Part shown: piece by piece, positions 54,695 through 64,000 of the stretch
How positions within the stretch are numbered: the first letter of the stretch is position 1
Layout of the letters: every line of letters begins with the position of its first letter
NCBI RefSeq assembly: GCF_006345805.1
Contig: NC_043015.1
Coordinates: 36,704,001-36,768,000 of the forward strand
Direction: 5' to 3'
Source of the DNA: Octopus sinensis
Taxonomy: Eukaryota
DNA: 64,000 bases
Notes under the pieces: generated by a model
Told to the model about the DNA's origin: nothing
Databases searched by the model: none
Seen by the model: the letters and a program-made list of their open reading frames with translations, nothing else
Position numbers and translations under genes: made by a program

Positions 54695-55248
54695 TACATA
54701 GACATATATAGAATGATGTTTAGATACACACAACTCACGTAAGTGATTAGTTCCATAGTTACAAGATTAATCGTTCAAATTGGCTTCTCATATACACACA
54801 TATACATAGGTCTCGGAGAAAAAATGCAAAAAAAGGACAAAAAAGATAGAGTTTATTAAAATTAGAGAAGAAAAATTCTCAGCAAATTTGCGGATTAATC
54901 ACTGAAGTCTTACTCGTGTTGCACTACAATGCCAAAACATTAGAAAGTTGTTCGTTGCTATTGACAATAAAAGCTAATCTTCAAAAGAGAGAAAAAATGC
55001 AGCATGAACGAAACTACAAGTGACTGTTGACACGTTACCTGAGGCAAAGAAAAAAGTTTCGATTTAAAATCTGCAAAATTAAAGAAGCCACGTCATTGCA
55101 AAATTCCCCCAATTTTTGAAAGGAGATTTGCGAAGATCTGGAAATATATCAATAGGAAATGTTTCGGAAGTAAATGCCATAAGTGAAAAAATCTGTTAAG
55201 AATAAAATAAAGCTGAGGTACAGTCTTTTTCACATTAAACGCAACCAC

Positions 55249-55280
<32 letters not shown>

Positions 55281-56341
55281 GTGTACACACACACAAACAC
55301 ACACATACACACACACACACACGCACACGCGGGGTCTGTGTCTCTATGTAGCATGTTTATGTGTGATTATACGTATGGATATACATGACTGTGTATACAC
55401 CTATGTATACAGACAGACACAGTTACACACACAAGCAGAAATACATTTGTCATTGGTGACAGAGGCAGTATTAGTACGGAAAAGCAATCTGTGTATCTTA
55501 CATAACGTGGATATATGAAGAGGAAGACGCAAAATTGCAGGATCCATATTCAGGAGGAATAGAAACAGAAAAGTATCAGTTGTAGCACCGGCAGCGGAAA
55601 TGTGGCATCGCCTAATTTCTGCGCAGTTGGGCGTCATCAGTAGCAAGTATCCATTACTACTGTAAATAGAAGATGTCATTTCTACTTCTAGAAGAACGTG
55701 AAATTAATTTCAACATTAATATTGATTCACTGATGTTTATCATATCATAATAAATATTCATAATCGTGCAAACGGCAAAAAATAAAAACAACTAAAAGTA
55801 CTTCCTGTATGTTTTCAAAAGAATTTCCTTTTCCTCCTCTCCCGATAACTCTTAAACTATATTTGCACACTCACTCATCTTGGTTGAGTCAATCCATGCT
55901 GCACTTACACACGACTCTCACTGATATTCAACGTTAAATGTTGACGCCATCTTAGTAATGCCGCTACAGCACAAAACATCGGGTGGTATCATTGACGAAT
56001 TCCTTTGAATAGCAACTTAAATATCACGATGCCAGTTGGTCAAGTCGTGTTCGTGATGCTTTATATGAAATGTCCTTTGTTATGTAAATACACTAATTTC
56101 CTCTATCTATTTATCACTGACTCGGCTTAATTAAAAATCAATTCCTTGCACTTCAGCATTATTCCTACACCAAACCCCTGTTTGGATTTCCCGTTTTTTT
56201 CTTTTCTTTTTTCTTCGCTTAATTAGGAACCTCTCAGAAGGAGGTATCTTTATTATTATTATTTATTTTTATCTTTGAATTGTTTCAAATTTACACGCAT
56301 GTATCATGAGGACGATATAACATACACTATTTATACTTTTA

Positions 56342-56565
56342 AGGCGACGAGCTGACAGAATCGTTCGCGTGCTGGACGCAGTACTTAGCAGTATTTCGAC
56401 TGTCTTTACGTTCTGAGTTCAAAATCCGCCGAGGTCGACTTTGCCTTTCATCCATCCGGGGTCGATAAATTATGTACCAGTGAAAGACTGGGATCGAAGT
56501 TATCGACTACCCCCCCCCCACAAATTCCAGTCTATGCGACTTTAGTAGAAATGATCATATTATTA
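56342..56565 (+). mobile_element. SINE (GGCGGCGAGCTGGCAGAA-type), near full length
   Basis: B-box GAGTTCAAAATCC, body gaggtcgactttgcctttcatcc..gtcgataaattatgtaccag, and an (ATT)n-like tail. Minus copies at 12585, 23221 and 37720. Confidence 0.85.
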
Positions 56566-56838
56566 TTTTTTTCCTTCTTCAAATTTTCTTCCGTTTCTCG
56601 CGGAGTATTTTCCGCACACCTAGGGCAGAGAAATTCATTGTATGCATTCCCAGATTACACGCGCAAATTCACAGGTAAAATATATATTTAAAAAAATTAA
56701 TAATAAATAAATTCATCAATGATGATAATACTCTTCTAAGTACATGAGTTGTTCCAGTTGACACGATTTTTTTGCACTTCCTGTAGGGATCGTAAGCCTG
56801 GTTTCATTTTCAAATTGGTTTCAGTACCTTTTTTATCC

Positions 56839-56872
<34 letters not shown>

Positions 56873-57967
56873 AATAATACTTTCTGTTTATCACAGATTT
56901 CTTGCAGTACCTGCTGCCTACGGTACCGTGCTCTTCGTGCTTTTCAGCTTAATACTTTCAAATGGGGCGAAACGAAACTTTGCCAGCAAAACGATGGCGC
57001 CCCGCTTCTTCGAACTGCAGCAGCGTAAAACGAAATACCTTCATCAAAGATACAACACGTAACCTTTCCCAAGAATTCAGTCCACATAATGTGTTTGTGC
57101 GTCAGTGTTTGTGTGCGCGTGTGTGTGTGTGCGCGTGTGTGTGCGTATGAATATATTTATTCATGTGTGTGTTTATGAGTATGAAAATGCGCACATTTGT
57201 ATTCCAGTTTGCATGCATTTCGTGCCAGGCGCCTTCCAATTTGCCTACAGCGATTACTTTCATTATAGCAGCAGGTTGTTTTAAATGAAACATCATTCTC
57301 GGTGTGAAAATACCTGATTAAGCTGACACCAAGCGTTTCAGAAGGAAATTACAAGAAAGAAAACGGCGCGTAATATACTGCAGTTTCTGTTAGAGTTGAG
57401 AGTAAAAGAAAAATAATGTTGAACATTGAATAGGAAGAGTACAGTCGTTTCATGACAGAGTAGGGGCAGTGATTCTACGACGAATGTTGTTGCGGCCGGT
57501 GCTCTTTATACAGATGGTGTTGGCGGTGGGGGGGGGTATGTTACAAGTACAGTTTTCAATTAGGTGAAAATAGCATCCAAATCCTGTAATCGATACATTT
57601 ATTGAGCAAACGGATTGCAATAATTGGCTTTTGAAGCAGATAATGTCTTTTTTACGGAAGCTGTATGTATGTAGGGTTGTATATGTATATTTATAGGTAT
57701 ATATATATGCGTAAAATTAAAATAGGATATACAGAGGCAATGCAGTACGATCGTTACAACCATTACATCAGTTATAATGCAGAGCAGTCCTCAGCTGCGT
57801 AAATACATAGAATTAAATTAAATTAAAACAGATAGAGACATTTGTATAATTTTACTTAAAACCTCCAAGAAGTTAAGGAGATAGACAAAGAACATGCTGT
57901 CTTAACTTCAGCTTAGAATTTACTAAGGTATCAAGGAAGTAAGATTTGTTAGAGAGATATCTAGTTA

Positions 57968-58021
<54 letters not shown>

Positions 58022-58714
58022 GGAATTTCGATTATCCTTGAATATACGACTATCCTTGAATATACGACATATATATATATATTATATGTCCATGCGTTTC
58101 TATCAAATCGATGCTTATATGAACATCGACACACACATAAAAACACATATATACACACGCATATGCACGCATATATATATATACCTACATATACACTTAA
58201 ATAGACAGTCAGACAGCCAACGAACCCGACAGACAAAGAGACAGTCAGATAGACAGACGGACATACGTAAAGACTGATACAGAGATAGGTAGATAGATAG
58301 ATAAATAAATAGATAGATAGATAGAGAGAAAGAAAGAGAGAGAGAGATGGATATGGTCCAAAGAATATTTCTATCTTTTATGCGTGAATTCTTTTCGTCC
58401 GTATTTCTAAGAGTCATTTTCGCGCAGTTTGCCATGTAACTTCGTATGGTATGATGGATATTAAATTTGATATTGCATATACACAACGGCACAAACACTT
58501 ATATTCATACGTATGTATATATTGACATATCATATGTTCACGGACCTAATAGCATGTATATATAAATATATGTGTGTGTGTATGTGCGTGTGAGTGTGTG
58601 TCCGTGTTCGTGTGTGCGTTTGTGTGCGTGTGTGTGTGTGTGCTTGTGTGTGCATGTATGTGTGTGTGTGTGTGTGTACATGAAAGCAGCCTGGATAGGT
58701 TATCTTTTCTTCAG

Positions 58715-58753
58715 AACGGCTATCATTGACATAACGTCGCCATTATCGTCTAA
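58715..58753 (+). CDS. candidate 39-nt exon (phase 2/2, TAIIDITSPLSS)
   Basis: tatcttttcttcag acceptor and AA|GTAAGA donor; the frame is open and compatible with the 50009-50078 exon. Confidence 0.3.
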
Positions 58754-59082
58754 GTAAGATAAAGTAGATTAGTCAGCCATTTATTATTTTTGTTCTTTTT
58801 CTAGCTTATTCCCAATATAGCTGAAGGGAAATGTTATTTATGAACTACTTACTTTAATGAAATATATTTCATTTAGCCAATAATCCTCCATACGTAATTA
58901 AGTGTGCTTGTATATGATTTGAAGTACGTGATGAAGGATGCATCTATGAAGTGTGTGTGTGTCTGTGTGGTTACATGTATGTGTGATAAGGCTGTATGAA
59001 TATGCGCATATGGGAGTGTAAAATATAAAGTCTTGATTGCAATGGATCAGGTGCAATGATACTGAGAGTCTTAAGCACATAC

Positions 59083-59120
<38 letters not shown>

Positions 59121-59872
59121 GGAGAAAATAATATATTGCTAGAAGATATGTCAAATGATATTTGCATATGAACGTGCGTATTCCTCTCTTTTCTCTCCCT
59201 CTCTATCTATCTCTCCCAGGGTCCCTCTGTGTGTGTGTGTGTGCGTATGGGATTGTGTGATTCTACGTGTGTGTATGTAGTTGTCTGAATAAATTAAAAG
59301 ACATAATTAACTTCGATGTGAGTGTTTCAGTGTGAGCGTTTGATTGATATAGATGCATACACACACGCACAAACACACTTACACACACACACACACACAC
59401 ACATATAGATATATTATATATATTTACAAATACTCATATACGGGCATACATTTGGACACACATTAATGCTTTTCATATGCTGATCGTATGTTCTGATCTT
59501 TTCGGCGTGTCTTTCAATTTACCGTAGATCGGCAAATACTGCAAAATGGTCGTCCACCTTCCACAGCACATCTTAATGTATCTGCATCAAACACGCAGCA
59601 TACAAATACTTGCACACACGTTATAGTTACCACAAGTGTTATTACATGGGGACAATTTGAAAGTTAAGCGATATGGTCGAGCAAGGAGAAACAATGTACC
59701 GAATACCGTTTTGCGTGTTATTTTTGAAAATCGTAATATGAATGTGTCTATTATGTAGTCAAAGTATCAAGCAGATATACAGACACACACAAATTTTCAC
59801 ACACATACACACACACATGCACACACACACAGATTTTCCCACATATATATATATATATATAATATATATATA

Positions 59873-59905
<33 letters not shown>

Positions 59906-59984
59906 CCAAACTATATATGTGTTTATATGTACATATGTATACATATGAATATATATATATATATATGTATGTATGTATGTATAA

Positions 59985-60356
59985 ATTTGGTTTAATTGCT
60001 CTTCATTGAACTCAATTGGACGACCAGGTGCGCCTTTGATGTCGAAATTTGCATTTTTGAACTTGGCATACAAATCACGTGCGGTTCTTTTCGCTATGGC
60101 AACCTCTCCATACATGCACAAATGTCGCGAGCAGGCTTTGCGGCCTTCGAACCTTGGTGAAGAGCAAAAACAAGGAGGTGTCGAAAATGCTCGTATTTCT
60201 TAACATGACATTCCAGTATAATAATCTAAAAATGAACAAAAATTAACTATAATTCACAAAAAAGCAAAATAGATTCCAAAATGATTCAAAACTAGAATTC
60301 TCGTAAAAGAAGTAGATTCCAAAATTTAAAAAACCACGGCAACTTAGTTGCCAAAT

Positions 60357-60359
<3 letters not shown>
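59985..60359 (-). mobile_element. mariner 5' fragment (one TIR + HTH region)
   Basis: TIR-like ttgatttggcaactaagttgccgtgg next to (TA)n. Decayed ORF from 60216 (ATG>CTG): ECHVKKYEHFRHLLVFALHQGSKAAKPARDIC..YGEVAIAKRTARDLYAKFKNANFDIK..GRPIEFNEEQLNQ. Confidence 0.9.
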
Positions 60360-60418
<59 letters not shown>

Positions 60419-60959
60419 CACAAATATATACACATATATATATGTATGCAAATATATGTATGTATCTATAACTTAATATTTCGATAGTATTATCTTTTAT
60501 TCTAGCAACACAGTACGTATATCTCCTTAGGTGATATCCACAATTTCTTTTCTATTTTTACATCATTTTCACAACATATTTTCATATATTTTTATACTAT
60601 TATGTAATTATATTTTATATCATTATCATATAGATTTTCTCATTATCCTATACAATTGTTTTACATCCTTATATTTAATTTTCATTTCGCCTCATTATCA
60701 GGCATGATTGTATAAGTGTATTACAGCCAATGTTTAGATTGATTCTCTAAGGTCACGTGAGGTAATTTAATTCACGATGCACCTTTCTTCCTGCATTTCT
60801 TTAAATGTTCACATCTCCAACTTTTCCTTTTCCGCCATAAAGCGAATAAATTTTGTCAAGATTTGTAAGGGTCCCTCTGCCCTACAGCCATGAAAATTAT
60901 TCAAACTGTATTTATACGTAGCTTCTCACTTTATCTCTCTCTCTTTCTCTCTTTCTCTC

Positions 60960-61005
<46 letters not shown>

Positions 61006-61062
61006 ATTTATCCATCTGTGTGTCTCAGTTTTTGTGTGTGACTGTGTATATTATACTTCAAA

Positions 61063-61853
61063 GAATAAAACGTTTGAATGGTACAACAATGTCCTATAAT
61101 ACAAACAATTACCTGTTGTAATTTAGTCATCCATAATCTGATATGATATTTCGGAATAAAATTCCTTCTTCAGATATTCTTAGATGGAGTCGTTGCTACA
61201 ATCGGTTTTCTAACCTGCAGCCTGTTGTTAATTTGTGGCCCTAGTCTGTGTATGAGTATAGCTTCCTTAATACTTAAATTACCCAAATTTCTTTCATTGG
61301 CCTCTATTAGGAATTAAGGAAGTTATACTCATACACAGACTAGGGCCCCAAATTAACAACAGGCTGGAGGTTGGTAATCAAAACATTATTTAGCATCATC
61401 TGGATTTGTTTTGATAATATGCCCATCTGTAGTTTAAAACAAAAAAAAAAGAAGAGAAGAGAAAAAAGAACGGGAAAAAAGGAAGCTGCACGCATAACAC
61501 ATAACCTAGAAGCGGGTCTACGGATGTTCCAGCACACCCGAGATTGAGATATGGCTGACCTCATGCACTTCTCATGAGGAATTCCGGAAGGAGCATCGTG
61601 AGACCACTGCTGAAACGCTTCCAAAAATAAATAAATAAAGAAAGAAAAGAAAACCGATTCTAGCAGCGATTCCATCTAAGAATACCTCAGGAAGGAATTT
61701 TATTGCGAAATATCATATCAGACTATGGATGACTAAATTACAACAGGTATTAATAGCCCTTTGTTTGTATTATAGTGCATTGTTGTACCATTCAAAACTT
61801 GTTTATTCTTTACAAACAATACACAATGCTTCCAGCGAACTACAATACTCTCG
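61063..61853. mobile_element. nested-foldback element with two hammerhead copies and a 14-bp flanking direct repeat
   Basis: Outer arms ~61060-61211 and 61646-61811; inner arms 61212-61271 and 61313-61372. HHR at 61135-61178 (-) and a degenerate copy at 61681-61724 (+). TATTATACTTCAAA at 61049-61062 and 61854-61867. Confidence 0.8.
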
Positions 61854-62633
61854 TATTATACTTCAAATACATTACAAAAATGCAAATTAATTGCAGTAAT
61901 GTTGCCGAGATAATGTCCTTTATCGCCGTACTGCGTTAAAAAAAAATAAAGTATTAACAGTAGATTAAGATCGGTAATAACGGTGAGTGAGAATCTTTGC
62001 CCGTACCCTATAGCCCTATCCCTAGCATGGATAGTAAAATAAAAAACGTAATTGAAAAAATTACTTTTGTTGACCCGAGGAGGGGTGGGGAGAAAAATAT
62101 ACTTTATTTCAAACAGAACCAATGTCCCTTTCAAATAGATGTCTATGTAACAAAGTTAATGTGATTACATCCTGAAAAGACAAATAAACTGCAGTAATTG
62201 CCCAAAGATATTAAGTCTCACGAGCGGGATGTATTTACGAACACAAGTACGCCAGTAATGTGATTTTATACAGCTCGGCGTCTATTTGCAACATCAGTGA
62301 TAGCTCAGTCAATTTGTTCCTATATAAGTAGCGACGCATTTTGACTTAGCAGTGAGTTACGTGCTACTGAAAATGTGCTGCATTTGTCAAAATGGTAGAA
62401 ATGTACATCGACTCATCTGCTGATGTATTTTCCTCTCTTACTGATGTGTTTATATTTTTAATCATGGTGCATCAATAACAGATATTACCTTCGGGGGTTG
62501 TACCGCGGATAATTTTCCTTTTGGTAACGTATTTGCAATAAGTAAAGTATGCTAAAAAGATGTCCTCTTTCTCTCTATATATATACATATACCATGCTCA
62601 TTATGTAAACAAAATTGTGCACTATATATATAT

Positions 62634-62691
<58 letters not shown>

Positions 62692-63537
62692 CTTCATGTA
62701 GCAAATCTATACCTATATATGTCATGCCTTCATCACTACGGTATCAATTCACGAATATACAGTTATACACGCTGTCAGTTGTTAGCACTAAATCACCACT
62801 ATACAAATGCACATGGCCTACGTCATTTCTAGACGAACACATACTCAGACATAAATAGACACACACAGATACTTAGATGCAGTCATACACAGAGAGAAGA
62901 GAGACATATGCACAGATATTATTCACACTTAAAAAGAAGTTCATTTTGCCAAGAAGTTTTCTTCAATATTCTTTTTTTTTATATTTCATGTTTCTTGTTT
63001 TTGCATCATTCTTTACATGATTTTTCGCTTTTTTATTTTCTTCTATGTTTATTCTCCATGTCTTTGGAATATTTTCATGTTCTTTCAAGCCTTGATATTA
63101 ACCTTTTATAGAGATATGAAAGTTCGGTTGAGTAATTCTTAGCTAACCCAAGTCATTTCTTTTAAAAATGTCTAAGCCAACCAAATGCATTCATTAATGA
63201 TATTTAACTTTCTTACATGGAATATTTATTTGGCTTCTTTTCCGTGATATCTTCGTGACTTGTATACCGAAAGATCACAGTTTGTATAGAGAAAAAATAT
63301 ACCATTTACAGAATATATTTCTCGTATCAATGTTGTCATTTTATATTTTTATACATTTTTATGTTGCATTTTTATTCGTTTCTTTTTGTTTAGATGTATT
63401 CATCGATCCAGAAAGTGATCGCTGCTTTATATCAAACTCTAACCTGAATGGCATTCCCCATAACAAAGATGGCTGCGAAACGGAGATATATTTGTGAGCG
63501 CACGCGTGTGTGTATGTGTATACATGTATATATAATT

Positions 63538-63587
<50 letters not shown>

Positions 63588-64000
63588 GCAGACACACATA
63601 TATATGCATAAATGACATCCCTACGTCAGATTGAAGGAACCATGACTTTTGTTGCTATTTTTATATAGCAGCTTCTACTGCTTGCCCCATAAATATTTGC
63701 GGATACATATGAAAGCTGACATAGAAATAAGGCTGTGTTGATACACAGGCTGTATCTCAAGGTAAAAGACAGTGAATCTACCAAAATCTTGAGTAGTATT
63801 TAATCCAAAATGGTTTAATCCACCTACTGGGAGATAATTCTGCATGAAATATTTCATAAACTTTATGAATTATTTGGACTTCCAAAATTCGTCGTATCCA
63901 ATACTAGAAACATTCTACAGCGAAGAAATTGATGGAAAATAATTTTTGTAACGCAATGGTAACTCGTGGCAGACTTTCGTCTTATTGAACCTCCTAAGTA

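Overview
Eukaryotic, very AT-rich and microsatellite-saturated genomic DNA. It is most likely from an octopus (cephalopod), judged from recall of the SINE, MITE and mariner families; this is not database-verified. Almost all entries in the ORF track are artefacts of (TA)n, (TG)n, (TATG)n, (ATCT)n, (TTC)n and (ATG)n tracts. No complete protein-coding gene is recognisable. Identifiable content: many tRNA-derived SINEs of at least three families, a Helitron PIF1-helicase remnant, two mariner remnants, a mariner-type MITE, a 5'-truncated Tx1-like LINE inside an (ATCT)n tract, and a CR1-like LINE 3' end. A phase-compatible chain of small + strand exon candidates may belong to a large-intron gene. 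The main result is about ten unrelated short elements that each carry a minimal type I hammerhead-ribozyme (HHR) fold with a palindromic or near-palindromic stem III. Many sit in or beside (TA)n and show inverted, divergent ends. The clearest is a ~357-bp tandem-plus-inverted array at 50511-51556, which looks like an animal non-LTR retrozyme or Penelope pseudo-LTR able to release a ~357-nt monomer RNA.
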